DNA of 64,000 bases from Paludibacteraceae bacterium (GCA_045600985.1 JAZRYY010000037.1:23031-87030); one strand, 5' to 3'; shown: positions 1 through 10,463, numbered from the stretch's first letter. Translations and numbers: made by a program. The notes: generated from the letters alone by a model not told the origin.

Positions 1-87
1 TCCTACAAAATCGATGCTATCCTCCGCGTCTATGACGTAAAGGGTACGTATGGTGCAACGGTGGCTAAAGAAGTGGAACTTAACTAA
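1..87 (+). CDS. 3' end of an upstream gene (partial, 28 codons)
   Basis: Frame 1 is open from the window edge to TAA at 85-87. The tail RVYDVKGTYGATVAKEVELN resembles the last strand of a PKD/Ig-like domain. Confidence 0.3.
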   Translation, partial: SYKIDAILRVYDVKGTYGATVAKEVELN

Positions 88-106
88 TTAAGCAGATATC
101 AAAATT

Positions 107-1804
107 ATGAAATCAATCACAAAAATATTGTCAGTTTCTGTGCTGGCTGTGTTGATGACCGCTTGCTTCGACAATGTTCCTAAAGTGGAGCAACTTCCTT
201 CTGATGCGGTTAGTTTTGAATATAGAATCGTAGATGAAACCTACACGTTGGATTATTATGTAGACGCCAATATTCAGTTCACTTCTACTTCTGCCATGGC
301 AGGTAATGCCACTTGGGATTTTGGTGATGGCACCACCGCTACGGGTAATGAAGTGGTGAAATACTACGAAAAAGGCGGAACGTACAACGTGCGTCTCACT
401 ATTAGCGATGGTAGCAAAACGGAGTTCAGAGATCAACCTATTATGGTGTCTGAAATCAAACCTATCGTAGGCGTCAATCCTGTAGAGGGCGGCATTTGCG
501 AGGTGTTGACTTCTAAAGTGAATTTCAATATTGAGGTGCCTAACCCAAAGAATAAAGAGTTGGAATATCTTTGGATTTTCCCGGAAGGTACAACCGACGC
601 TGAGGGTAATCCAAAAGAAACCAGCACAGATCGCCTCCCTGGTGATGTAATCTTCGGCAACGTGGGTTCACAGCAGGTGCGTTTGCAGGTAAAGATGGCC
701 GGAGCGCCTCTTGAAGAAGCTACGCTTAATGTGCAGGTAGGTTTCAATGCACCTGTGCCAACTCTCTACTATGCTGTTAAGGGTGGCAACATTATGGCTT
801 ATAAGCTCATTCCTGCTGCTAATCTCCCGGAAGGTGTAAAGGTAATGCCTTTCGATCTCGGTGTTTCGTCTGGTCAACACGCTTTCAATCTCTGCTTTGC
901 CGATTCGTTGCTCCTCTTGTTGGATGCTGGTAAGCAGTTCAATTATGTCAACGATGAGAATGGCGTAATGGGTGATGGCAAGATCTCTGTTATTGCTCGC
1001 GATGGTAGCAAGGTTGAAACGATGATTACTAACGTAGGTGGACCAGCTTTTGATGACCCATTCTATGGCTATGTGGAAGGCAGCTACCTCTATTTCTCTA
1101 ATCGTGGTACTGGCGTACGTCGTATTGGATTGGATGAACGTAATAAGATCTACACCGCTACTGATTATCCTTGGTATTTCCAAAATGCTACCCTTGGCTA
1201 TTATAATAATGGTTGGAGCTATGGCTCTATCTTTGGCGGTGTCACCAAGATCAATGGCACTTGGTATGTAGGCAAAACTTATAATGGTACTGGCCTTTAT
1301 CGTTTCACGGATGCTGATATCCTTTCTTCTGCTACTGCTGGTGGCGAACCTGCTCCAGAAGCTGGTATTTGCCTCAACGGTATGTCTGTAAAGGCTGTCT
1401 CATACGATAAGAAATCAGGAGCTATTGCTTTTGCGCTTACCAATGAAGCAGGCATTTCTGGCCCATATTATTGCGCGACTATTGCTGATTTGGAAGGCAT
1501 TGGTTCCAGCAAGAAAAATGTGGCTAATTTCCGCATGAAGCACGAGAGTGGTCTCACTATTGAAACCATCACCGATGCTGGTCGTGGAGAAGGCTCTTCT
1601 GGTGAGTTCTGCGGTATCACGCAGTTCGCTATCGACGAATCTACCGGTCTTATCTACTTCGGCTATCGTGCTACGGGTAGCGCTTCCGATTGCAAGTCAG
1701 GCCTGATGTATTATGACCCAGCTGATCAGAAAGTGCACACCCTTTTCGAAGGTGTTGAGGTTTATGGCGCTTGTGTCAACCCAACCCCAAGCAAACTCTT
1801 CTAA
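107..1804 (+). CDS. PKD-domain surface lipoprotein
   Basis: Lipoprotein signal LAVLMTAC. PKD signature WDFGDGTTATG...GTYNVRLTISDG. Long ORF with only short antisense shadows. Confidence 0.7.
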   Translation: MKSITKILSVSVLAVLMTACFDNVPKVEQLPSDAVSFEYRIVDETYTLDYYVDANIQFTSTSAMAGNATWDFGDGTTATGNEVVKYYEKGGTYNVRLTISDGSKTEFRDQPIMVSEIKPIVGVNPVEGGICEVLTSKVNFNIEVPNPKNKELEYLWIFPEGTTDAEGNPKETSTDRLPGDVIFGNVGSQQVRLQVKMAGAPLEEATLNVQVGFNAPVPTLYYAVKGGNIMAYKLIPAANLPEGVKVMPFDLGVSSGQHAFNLCFADSLLLLLDAGKQFNYVNDENGVMGDGKISVIARDGSKVETMITNVGGPAFDDPFYGYVEGSYLYFSNRGTGVRRIGLDERNKIYTATDYPWYFQNATLGYYNNGWSYGSIFGGVTKINGTWYVGKTYNGTGLYRFTDADILSSATAGGEPAPEAGICLNGMSVKAVSYDKKSGAIAFALTNEAGISGPYYCATIADLEGIGSSKKNVANFRMKHESGLTIETITDAGRGEGSSGEFCGITQFAIDESTGLIYFGYRATGSASDCKSGLMYYDPADQKVHTLFEGVEVYGACVNPTPSKLF

Positions 1805-1831
1805 TCTAACAATAGAACTCTTCTATAACTG

Positions 1832-4321
1832 ATGAGGAAATTTTCATACATACTATTGGCACTCACGCTCGCCTTTACCCTCTCGCCGTTCGCCTCTTTG
1901 CAGGCCCAGCCAAAGAGAGAGTTCCGTGGCGCGTGGATTGCCACGGTGTGGGGCATCGATTGGCCTGCTACCTGGGGACAAACCTCCGCAACGGGCATAC
2001 AGCGGCAGAAGGATGAATTGGTAGCGTTGCTCACCAATATGCATAATGCCGGTATGAATGCTGCATATCTGCAGGTGCGTGGATTCTCGGATGCGATGTA
2101 TCATTCGCGCTTCCAGGAAGAGGCGTGGAGTTATATCCTCACCGGAACGCGAGGCGTTGATCCTGGCTATGATCCTTTGCAGTTGGCTATTACCACTGCC
2201 CATGGCTTGGGTATGGAATTGTACGCATGGGTGAACCCATATCGCTATGCCTCAAGTTCCACCAATTATGGCGATCTCCCTACTGATTATGCCCACACGC
2301 ATCCTGATTGGCTCATGCATGCTGAGGTGAAAGGTCAGTCTATTCTTAATCCGGGTATACCTGCCGTGCAAGAACGTGTAGCTGCTATTGCGGCTGATAT
2401 CACGCGAAACTATGATATTGATGGCGTTATTTTTGACGACTATTTCTATCAAGTCACGAAGACGGAGGAGGATTCGGCGCAGTATAATGCTTATAAACGT
2501 GCCACTCCTGCTCCTATGGCGTTGGCCGATTGGCGTCGTGCCAATGTCAATAAAATGGTGCAGATGGTGCGCGATTCCATCAAGGCTGTTAAGCCATGGG
2601 TGGAATTTACGATTGGACCTGCCGGCGTGGCTGCCACTTCTGCCAATGTGGCTGCCAGCCATGGCGTTACGCCTTGCCCGGTAGGAAACGATTGGCAGTA
2701 CTCGGGCATTTGTAGCGACCCTTTGGCTTGGTTCGAACAGGGTACAATTGATTATATGTCGCCTCAATGCTATTGGCCTATCGGGCATGCTACGAATGAT
2801 TTCGCCCAATTGTCACATTGGTGGCTTCAGGTCGCTAATCATTTCGGACGCCATTGCTATCCTTCCGTTTCGCAGTCGGGGCAAACCATTGCGCAGTATG
2901 CAGAGGAAGTGCGCTTGATTCGTCAATATGATATGGATGATGCGCCGGGCACGGTGGTCTACAACATAAGCACGGCTGTTGGCCAAAATATGGTATCTTA
3001 TCTCCCTGCCAATGTGTTCCAGCACCCATCTCTCCCGCCTGCTAAACCATGGACGGCTAATAAGGCAACGCGCGACCTTCGCGTCACGTCTATCACCAAG
3101 ATGAGTGCCAACACCCTCCATTGGCTCGAACCGGCAAGCAATCTCCGTTTCGCAGTCTATCAGGTGCCTACCGATAGCCTCAATACGCCTGGCATCTTCG
3201 CTAAGTCTGATTATCTCTTGGGTATTTCCTATACGAATCAGTACAAAGTGACTGATCGCACCGGCTTTACCTATGCCGTGGCGGTATTGGATCGATTTGA
3301 AAATGAATATCCGCCTGTGGTAATGGGGCAGGGTAGTCGCACGCTTACGGCACCTTCGCTCCTCTTCCCTTCTGATAATGGTATGCCATTGTTGCCTACC
3401 TATTTCTCTTGGAATAAAGTCACGAATGCGGATTCTTATTATTGGCAGGTGAGCGAAACGGCTTCGTTTGATAGTATTGCCTACCAGCACGAAACCACCG
3501 ATACCACCTTCTTCTCTGGCAAGATGTCATCCATGCAGCCGGATAAAACTTATTATTGGCGTGTAATGGCTCGTGGCTATAATGCAAGAGATGTCTATTC
3601 CAGCGTGCATTCGTTCCATAGCGGGTTCTTCCATTTGGTTGCTCCTGCCGATGGCGAAACGGATGTGGAACTTACGCCTGTTCTGGTAGCTGATAGTGTA
3701 CCTGCTCCTGCTGCGGTCTACACATTCCAAATCGCTACCAACGCAGATATGGCAGCTGGTCATACCGTCTATCGTCAGGATGTTGCTGTGCCACATGTGC
3801 AGGTGCCTGCCAACACTCTCACGGCTTCTACGGCCTACTACGTGCGCGTAAGCGTTAAATATGGTGAGATCACCACCACTTCTGCCATCTCTTCTTTCAA
3901 GACGATGACCCTTCCTACGCCTGTTCCTTCGCTCATTACGCCGCATGATGGCGATACGATTGTTGGAACCGAACTGCGCGTGGCTTGGGAAGAGCAGAAT
4001 GCGTTGGGCTTCCGTGCCGAATTGGCCACCGCTACTTCTTTTGCCGGACGTATCACCAAGATCAAGAGTACGGATGCTTTTGTCTACGAATGCACCTATA
4101 CGGATCTCAAGCCGGGCACGTATTATCTCCGCGTGAAAGCACTTTCCGAAAATGGATATACCGATCCAAGCGAGGTGCTCACGATTTATGTGGAAGAACC
4201 TACTGCTCTTGATAATCTTGAACTGGATGCGCACTCGTATAAAACCATCGAAAATGGTCAGGTTGTCATCATCCGAAACGGCAAAAAATATAATGCACTT
4301 GGGCAACTGCTTAATGATTAA
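1832..4321 (+). CDS. GHL10-type (YngK/DUF4015-like) glycoside-hydrolase-like protein with Ig/FN3-like repeats and C-terminal sorting tail
   Basis: Signal peptide. N-terminal REFRGAWIATVWGIDWP block typical of the glycosyl-hydrolase-like 10 family. Tail IENGQVVIIRNGKKYNALGQLL. Confidence 0.7.
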   Translation: MRKFSYILLALTLAFTLSPFASLQAQPKREFRGAWIATVWGIDWPATWGQTSATGIQRQKDELVALLTNMHNAGMNAAYLQVRGFSDAMYHSRFQEEAWSYILTGTRGVDPGYDPLQLAITTAHGLGMELYAWVNPYRYASSSTNYGDLPTDYAHTHPDWLMHAEVKGQSILNPGIPAVQERVAAIAADITRNYDIDGVIFDDYFYQVTKTEEDSAQYNAYKRATPAPMALADWRRANVNKMVQMVRDSIKAVKPWVEFTIGPAGVAATSANVAASHGVTPCPVGNDWQYSGICSDPLAWFEQGTIDYMSPQCYWPIGHATNDFAQLSHWWLQVANHFGRHCYPSVSQSGQTIAQYAEEVRLIRQYDMDDAPGTVVYNISTAVGQNMVSYLPANVFQHPSLPPAKPWTANKATRDLRVTSITKMSANTLHWLEPASNLRFAVYQVPTDSLNTPGIFAKSDYLLGISYTNQYKVTDRTGFTYAVAVLDRFENEYPPVVMGQGSRTLTAPSLLFPSDNGMPLLPTYFSWNKVTNADSYYWQVSETASFDSIAYQHETTDTTFFSGKMSSMQPDKTYYWRVMARGYNARDVYSSVHSFHSGFFHLVAPADGETDVELTPVLVADSVPAPAAVYTFQIATNADMAAGHTVYRQDVAVPHVQVPANTLTASTAYYVRVSVKYGEITTTSAISSFKTMTLPTPVPSLITPHDGDTIVGTELRVAWEEQNALGFRAELATATSFAGRITKIKSTDAFVYECTYTDLKPGTYYLRVKALSENGYTDPSEVLTIYVEEPTALDNLELDAHSYKTIENGQVVIIRNGKKYNALGQLLND

Positions 4322-4339
4322 ATAATATACGATGAAAAT

Positions 4340-5683
4340 ATGAAGAAATTTTTACTTTCTATTGTTGCCATCATGGCTTCTGCCATGGCGATGAATGCTG
4401 CTACCAATGCTACCGCTAAGGACACGTATAATTATCAGACGTACACCTCTGGCGAAAAGCAGTTCAAATTGGAAAACGTGTGGGTCTATGGCCGTAACTG
4501 GGACAATTTCGAAGCCAACAAACCTGGCGGTTTCAATATGTGCCGTGCCATGGGTGCGCAGGATGGTATCATGTATTTCCCTGATCGCCAAAACATGCAA
4601 ATCGTGCGTGTAGATGGCAAAACGGGTGCCTATCTTACCCCTGTGAAATTGGCAAGCAATATCTTCACCGAAGTCGTTACCGACGAATCTGGCAATGAGT
4701 CAACCGTTCCAACCAAGGCCGTTCTGCTCAATAACGACCTGAAGTTCGATAACGCCGGCCACATGCTCCTCGGCGTTTGTGCTACACCTGATTTCCCTAC
4801 CTATCAGGTTTGGAATGTAGATCCTAACACTGGCGAGGGCTATCTCGTGCTCCAAGATCGTCTTATCGATCACCTTCATGATGGCGTATTTACGGATACT
4901 GCACACTTGGCTGGTGGCCGTTTCGACTACTTTGGCGTATATGGCGATGTTACGGCTGATGCTATCATCATGTCATCTGAGCAGTTCACTATGAATGTTT
5001 ATAAGTGGACTATCCGCAGCGGTCAGGTCGTTTCTGTGGAAGATATCGATTGCAAGGTGGCTGAAGGTCTGCCATACTATATCTCAGGTGTTGTTGCCAC
5101 GGGAATTGGCCCTCAGGTTTTCCCTGTGGATGAAGAGTATTTCTATGTGGATGGCTTCAGCACTTTCCCAACCCTCTATGATATGGATGGCGAATTGGTG
5201 GGCGACCTCCAGATGAATGAACATGGCAACAAGGTGGTTATGGATGGCGACACCCTCACCCTTGAAACTGCTCATAACGGCTTGCAGGAGTTCCAGCTTG
5301 GTGGCGAGTATTTCCTCCTCATGGCTGCTAAGGGTACGGGCACGCCTTATTCTTCTTCGTTTGTGCTCTATAAGTTTGCTGATGCAGGCAAGGAAATGGA
5401 TTTCATGGAGCCTGTTTGGTGGTTCCCACATGATGGCCTGGGCGGCGGCTCTAACGAGGTTCGTACCGCTATGCCTTGCGTGGAAGTGGTGGATAATGTG
5501 GCAAATATCTATCTCTATTCGCAGGAGTCTGGTTTTGCACACTATACCCTCACTTGCAATGGTGGCACCGCGCTTGAAAACGTAGAGGAGAATATGCAAG
5601 TCACCAAGACCATTCGCAACAACCAATTGCTCATCCAAAAGAACGGTCAAATCTACAACGCGCTCGGCCTGCAAATTCGATAA
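4340..5683 (+). CDS. Secreted protein, paralog of the C-terminal ~420 aa of the 1469-aa protein, with sorting tail
   Basis: Signal peptide. Colinear identical blocks with the product of 5926-10335: DGIMYFPDRQNMQIVRV, PVKLASNIFTE, LLNNDLKFDNAGHMLLGVC, FDYFGVYGDVTADAIIM, FTMNVYKWTI. Tail NQLLIQKNGQIYNALGLQIR. Confidence 0.7.
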   Translation: MKKFLLSIVAIMASAMAMNAATNATAKDTYNYQTYTSGEKQFKLENVWVYGRNWDNFEANKPGGFNMCRAMGAQDGIMYFPDRQNMQIVRVDGKTGAYLTPVKLASNIFTEVVTDESGNESTVPTKAVLLNNDLKFDNAGHMLLGVCATPDFPTYQVWNVDPNTGEGYLVLQDRLIDHLHDGVFTDTAHLAGGRFDYFGVYGDVTADAIIMSSEQFTMNVYKWTIRSGQVVSVEDIDCKVAEGLPYYISGVVATGIGPQVFPVDEEYFYVDGFSTFPTLYDMDGELVGDLQMNEHGNKVVMDGDTLTLETAHNGLQEFQLGGEYFLLMAAKGTGTPYSSSFVLYKFADAGKEMDFMEPVWWFPHDGLGGGSNEVRTAMPCVEVVDNVANIYLYSQESGFAHYTLTCNGGTALENVEENMQVTKTIRNNQLLIQKNGQIYNALGLQIR

Positions 5684-5716
5684 GGTGTTGGAGCGGTGTT
5701 CCGTTGACTTAACGTA

Positions 5717-5749
5717 GACTCAACACAGACTCAACACGGACTCATCCCG
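5717..5749. repeat. Short tandem stutter repeat (unit gactcaacacr, about 3 copies)
   Basis: Reads gactcaacaca gactcaacacg gactcatcccg, in the intergenic region after the 447-aa gene. Confidence 0.8.
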
Positions 5750-5925
5750 CAAACCCCGATGAATACTGGGATTCCGAGCCGTTTATACTCAATTGTTTGA
5801 AAAAATACGTTTTAGAAATTTAACGTTCATATAAACAAATATTTTTATTTACTTAACGGAACAAATCAAAGAGGACGTGTCCTCATTGAAGAGGTTCTAA
5901 TCTATTAATCAAAACACAATCTATT

Positions 5926-8900
5926 ATGAAGAAAGTATTTTCTTTCTTGGCTGCTGCTTTTATGGCAGTTAGCATGTTTGCTGCTCCTTACACCATTACC
6001 TTTAAGGGTACAGGTGTTGTTGCAGGATCGGATGGTAGTGCTAAGTTGACTACTCTGGAGGCCATCGTTGCAGAAGGTGCCAGTTATTTGTCAGCTGTAG
6101 AGAACGCTACCCAGATTTACGAAGGTCGTAGCGTCGTTTATGGCGAAAGCGACACAGTTTCATTAGGCCTTAAGTTGGGCTCTTCAAGTGCTGCTGGCAC
6201 ACTTAAATTGGTGTTGGCAACTGCTACTGAAGTCGACTCAGTTGTTGTTCGTGCTGCTCTGTATGGAGACACCGAAGGACAGAATGGTTTCACGGTAAAT
6301 GGACAGCAGGTTACTCTTAGCGCTGGTAATAAGGTGCTTGAGAATAAAGCCGTAGTTCTTACGGGTTCTGTTGCTGCTATCGAAATCATCCAAACTACTG
6401 CTTCGAGGGGTCGTTTCTACATGCAGTCTGTTACCGTTTATCCTAAGGAAGGTGGTTCTACTACTCCTGCTGGTACTACCGTTATTACGGCTGAGAAACT
6501 TTGGAGCAATCCTATCGCTAACATGACTGCGGTTGCTGATGCTCGCCAAGGTTCTGGTTACAATGGTACCGTTTATGTGCAGGATAAGGGCGCTCACACC
6601 GTTTGGGCTTATGCTAAGACTGGTGATGCTGTTACCAAGACTGCTGTCGCTACCAGCGATCTCCTCGATGGTACTGCTATCGCTGTTGACGAGGCTGGTA
6701 ATATCATCGTTGAAGGTGTGTTCCCTAACACTCCTAGCCACCTCGCTGTTATAAAAGCTGGTGAAGACACTGTACGCAACTTCGAGCACGCTGGTCTCGG
6801 ACGTACCGACTTCATCTCTGCTACTGGTGATATCTTCTCCGCTGCTGGTGGTTATGTATATCTTTATAGTAATAGCGCTAAGGCTCAGGCTGTTCACTTC
6901 GTAAATGGTGCTATCGACTCTGTTGCTGTTATCGAAAGTATTGCTACTGCGGCTACGGGCGGTCAGGTTGTGTATGCTGGTACCCCAGAGTCTTATATTG
7001 CTCAAGTACGTGCATCTGCACTTCAGTTTGTAGGTCGCGACGCTGTTACTCTTCCTAACATCTACAACTCTAAGCTTGGTTTGGATGTATTCACTATCGC
7101 TGGTAAGGAAGTATATGCTTATAACGTTGGTACTGCTTATAATAGCTACTTCCAACTTTATAACGCTACCGATGATGCTCTCATTCCTGATATGGAAGGT
7201 GCTACCATGCTCTTCGGCGTTGACCCAACGAAGGCTCAATCTACTTCTTGCGCTAACTGGCTCCGCGCTACTGTAATCGACGAAAACAACGTTTACGTTC
7301 ATCAGTATTGCGGTTCTGATGGTGCTGCTCTCTGGAAGATTTCTGCCGTACAGGCTGCTATTGTTACTCTCGCTGCTAACGATGCTGCTATGGGTACTGT
7401 AGAAGGTGCTGGCAATAAGGCAATCAACTCTTCAGTTACTGTTACCGCTACTCCTGCTATTGGTCACAGCTTCGTAGCATGGAAGAATGGTGAAGAAACT
7501 GTTTCTACTGATGCTACTTACACCTTTACTGCTACCGATAACGTATCTCTCGTTGCTGTTTTCCAGGCTGAAGAGAATAAGACTCTTACCCTTGCTGTAA
7601 ATGACGCTGAGCTTGGTGCCATCACCTTGCCAGAGGGCGTTGTAATGGGTGAGAACTCTGTTGCTTATGGTACGGAGGTTGTACTTACCGCTGTTCCTGC
7701 TGAGGGCAAAACCTTTACTGGTTGGTATTTGGCTGATGGCGCTGCTTACTCTACCGAATACACCATTACTGTAAAGATGACTGAGGCCCTTTCGCTTGTA
7801 GCAAACTTCACCAGCATCGTTACTATCACTTACGAACTCAACGGTGGTGTAACTAACGATGAAGGTTGGATTTCAAAGGCTGACGTAATGCTCTCTATTC
7901 AAGAGGACTATAATGTAGCATACAATGCTACGTTGGCAGTTGTAAAAGAAGAGAATGGTGAGTTCTATTTCAATATCAACGGTGAATGGAAGACTGAGGC
8001 TGAAGCTGCCGGTTCCGACGCTTTGGTTGCTGGTTTCTTCCAGAATAAGACATGGTCTGCTGATCAGAAGTGTGCAAACCTCTTCTTGAATACTAAGAAG
8101 GATAAATATGCATGGTTGGTTGACCTGATTGATCATTTTGCACCTACCGCAAATGCAGCTCGTGGTACTGATTCTATCCATAATATGGCAATCGCTACTG
8201 CTGATGCATATTTCCGTGCAGATGTTTCTGGCTTCATGCTGTGCTCTCCAGCTACAGGTGCATATCCATACACTTGTGATTGGTCTGTTAATGGTACTCA
8301 TTCTGCTATTCTTCCTGTTTGGAAGCACGCTTTCGCTAATCCTACAGAAATCAAGGGCGAAGTTGTCTTGAATGCTCCTTACAAGGAAGGCTTCACCTTC
8401 GATGGTTGGTATGCTACTGCTGACTTCTCAGGCGAGAAGGTGCTCTCTGTAAATACCGCAACTACCGCTACCACACTCTACGCTAAGTGGATTGAATATA
8501 TCCCAACTATCGCTGAGGTTTGCGCATTGGAGAATAATGCAACCACCAAGGTTGACGGTACTGTAACGGCTGTTATCGGTTCTGAATTCTTTATCCAAGA
8601 CGCTACCGGTGGCGTAATGTGCTATCAGTCAAATCATGGTTTGGCTGTTGGCGAGGCTGTTCGTTTGCAAGGTACGAAGGTTATCTACGGTGGTGTTCCT
8701 GAGTTGAAGAATATCACGGTTCTTTCTCACGAGGCTGGTACGGCTATTATTCCTACTGTTGCAACCATCGCTCAACTCAAGGCTGCTCCTGCTACCTATA
8801 ATGGTAAGCTCGTTAAGCTCGTCGGTGTTAAGATCGATAGCTACAAGGTTGATAGCAAGAATAACTACACGATCGGCTTGACTGATGATATCAATAAGAT

Positions 8901-10335
8901 CAACATGTACAAGGTCACTCTTGATTCTGTTGCTTATCCTGTTGGCACGAAGCTCAGCGCTACTCTCGTTCTCAGCAGCTATATCAGTGGTCAAAATGAG
9001 ATGGATACAATCAATGCTAATAGCATCCAGCTCCGCGGTACCGCTGATGGTATTGAAGCTGTTGCTGCTGCTGGCCGTGATCCTTACACCTATACTACTT
9101 ATAAGGAAGGCGAGAACGAGTATAAGCTCGAAAACGCTTGGTTGTTCAGCCAGAAGCTTGACAACTTCGTTGAGAACATGCCTGCTGGCGACCAGATGGC
9201 ACGTGCTATGGGTGTTAAGGATGGCATCATGTACTTCCCAGATCGTCAGAACATGCAAATCGTTCGCGTAAATGGCGCTACTGGCAAGATGATGGAGCCT
9301 GTTAAGTTGGCTTCTAACATCTTCACCGAAACTCTCTACGCTGGCACCGATTCTGCTAAGACTGTTGCTACTCGTGCTACCCTCCTCAACAACGACCTTA
9401 AGTTCGATAACGCAGGTCATATGTTGCTCGGCGTTTGTACGACCTCTGGCACCCAGACCTTCCAGGTTTGGAATGTAAATGAGACTACGGGTGAAGGTAC
9501 TTGCGTGCTTTCTGATATTATTGTTGACCATAAGGCTGATTTGATCGATACCGCAAATGTAGCTAAGGCTCGTTTCGACTACTTCGGTGTGTATGGCGAC
9601 GTTACGGCTGACGCTATCATCATGACTTCCGACCAGTTCACTATGAACGTTTATAAGTGGACCATCAAGAATGGCGTGGTTACTGGCGTTGAGGATATCG
9701 ACTGCAAGGTGGCTGAAGGCGTTGACGCTTACATCGCTGGTGTAGTTGCTTCTGGTACTGGTCCTCAGGTATTCCCTGTTGACGAGGATTACTTCTACAT
9801 GGACGGCTGGAACACTATTCCTACTCTCTTCGATATGGATGGTGAACTCGCTGGTGATATGAAGTCTAACCCACTTGGCAACAACGTACCTATGGACGGC
9901 GACACCATCCAAATCGGTGTAGGCCACAATGGTATCTGCGAGTTCCAGGTTGCTGACGACTACTTCGTTGTAATGGCTGCTACCAACACTGCTGCTGCTG
10001 TTCCTTCTGCATTTGCTCTCTATAAGTATGCTGATGCTTCTAAGGACTTCGCTACCATGACTCCACTTTGGTTCTTCCCACAAGCTGGTATGGGTGGCGC
10101 TTCTAACGGTGTTCGTACCGCTGTGCCTTCTGTTGAAGTTAGCGGCAACGTGGCTAATATCTATGTTTACACTCAGATGAACGGTTACGGCCGCTATACT
10201 CTCACCTGCCCAGTGAAGACTGCTGTTGAGAATATCGCTACCGACGTTAAGGCTGAGAAGATCATTGAGAATGGTCAGGTTTACATCATCCGTAATGGTG
10301 TACGCTACTCTGTTCTCGGCGCTCGCGTAAAATAA
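5926..10335 (+). CDS. Giant cell-surface protein with Listeria-Bacteroides (InlB B-type) repeats, a C-terminal module shared with the 447-aa paralog, and sorting tail
   Basis: Signal peptide. Repeat signatures GHSFVAWKNGEE, GKTFTGWYLADG, GFTFDGWYATADFSGEKV...LYAKW. Tail ENGQVYIIRNGVRYSVLGARVK. Strong NNT-biased codon usage (GCT, GGT, GTT, ACT). Confidence 0.75.
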   Translation: MKKVFSFLAAAFMAVSMFAAPYTITFKGTGVVAGSDGSAKLTTLEAIVAEGASYLSAVENATQIYEGRSVVYGESDTVSLGLKLGSSSAAGTLKLVLATATEVDSVVVRAALYGDTEGQNGFTVNGQQVTLSAGNKVLENKAVVLTGSVAAIEIIQTTASRGRFYMQSVTVYPKEGGSTTPAGTTVITAEKLWSNPIANMTAVADARQGSGYNGTVYVQDKGAHTVWAYAKTGDAVTKTAVATSDLLDGTAIAVDEAGNIIVEGVFPNTPSHLAVIKAGEDTVRNFEHAGLGRTDFISATGDIFSAAGGYVYLYSNSAKAQAVHFVNGAIDSVAVIESIATAATGGQVVYAGTPESYIAQVRASALQFVGRDAVTLPNIYNSKLGLDVFTIAGKEVYAYNVGTAYNSYFQLYNATDDALIPDMEGATMLFGVDPTKAQSTSCANWLRATVIDENNVYVHQYCGSDGAALWKISAVQAAIVTLAANDAAMGTVEGAGNKAINSSVTVTATPAIGHSFVAWKNGEETVSTDATYTFTATDNVSLVAVFQAEENKTLTLAVNDAELGAITLPEGVVMGENSVAYGTEVVLTAVPAEGKTFTGWYLADGAAYSTEYTITVKMTEALSLVANFTSIVTITYELNGGVTNDEGWISKADVMLSIQEDYNVAYNATLAVVKEENGEFYFNINGEWKTEAEAAGSDALVAGFFQNKTWSADQKCANLFLNTKKDKYAWLVDLIDHFAPTANAARGTDSIHNMAIATADAYFRADVSGFMLCSPATGAYPYTCDWSVNGTHSAILPVWKHAFANPTEIKGEVVLNAPYKEGFTFDGWYATADFSGEKVLSVNTATTATTLYAKWIEYIPTIAEVCALENNATTKVDGTVTAVIGSEFFIQDATGGVMCYQSNHGLAVGEAVRLQGTKVIYGGVPELKNITVLSHEAGTAIIPTVATIAQLKAAPATYNGKLVKLVGVKIDSYKVDSKNNYTIGLTDDINKINMYKVTLDSVAYPVGTKLSATLVLSSYISGQNEMDTINANSIQLRGTADGIEAVAAAGRDPYTYTTYKEGENEYKLENAWLFSQKLDNFVENMPAGDQMARAMGVKDGIMYFPDRQNMQIVRVNGATGKMMEPVKLASNIFTETLYAGTDSAKTVATRATLLNNDLKFDNAGHMLLGVCTTSGTQTFQVWNVNETTGEGTCVLSDIIVDHKADLIDTANVAKARFDYFGVYGDVTADAIIMTSDQFTMNVYKWTIKNGVVTGVEDIDCKVAEGVDAYIAGVVASGTGPQVFPVDEDYFYMDGWNTIPTLFDMDGELAGDMKSNPLGNNVPMDGDTIQIGVGHNGICEFQVADDYFVVMAATNTAAAVPSAFALYKYADASKDFATMTPLWFFPQAGMGGASNGVRTAVPSVEVSGNVANIYVYTQMNGYGRYTLTCPVKTAVENIATDVKAEKIIENGQVYIIRNGVRYSVLGARVK

Positions 10336-10385
10336 ATCACTCTTGAGGTGGTAGCTTTCGGGCTACCATCTCTCCAATATCATGG

Positions 10386-10417
10386 GCAGCGGTTCTTCCG
10401 CAAGGCAGAACCGCTGC
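10386..10417 (+). terminator. Stem-loop after the 1469-aa gene (terminator-like, no clear T-run)
   Basis: gcagcggttct (10386-10396) pairs with agaaccgctgc (10407-10417). A second weaker hairpin ggtagc/gctacc lies at 10350-10366. Confidence 0.4.
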
Positions 10418-10463
10418 TCAATCGTATTAAACTTAACGGGAAATTGATCGAAATCCCCTTATC

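Noticed and set aside
6238-7302. Long antisense ORFs in the track: 6238-7302(-), 8629-10083(-), 13720-14427(-), 23494-24660(+), 37721-38725(+), 47799-48620(+), 29750-30610(-), 50472-51401(-).
   Set aside because: Each lies fully inside a longer opposite-strand ORF that has clear family motifs. Their translations are low-complexity or Arg/Ile/His-rich shadow-frame products with no recognisable motifs.
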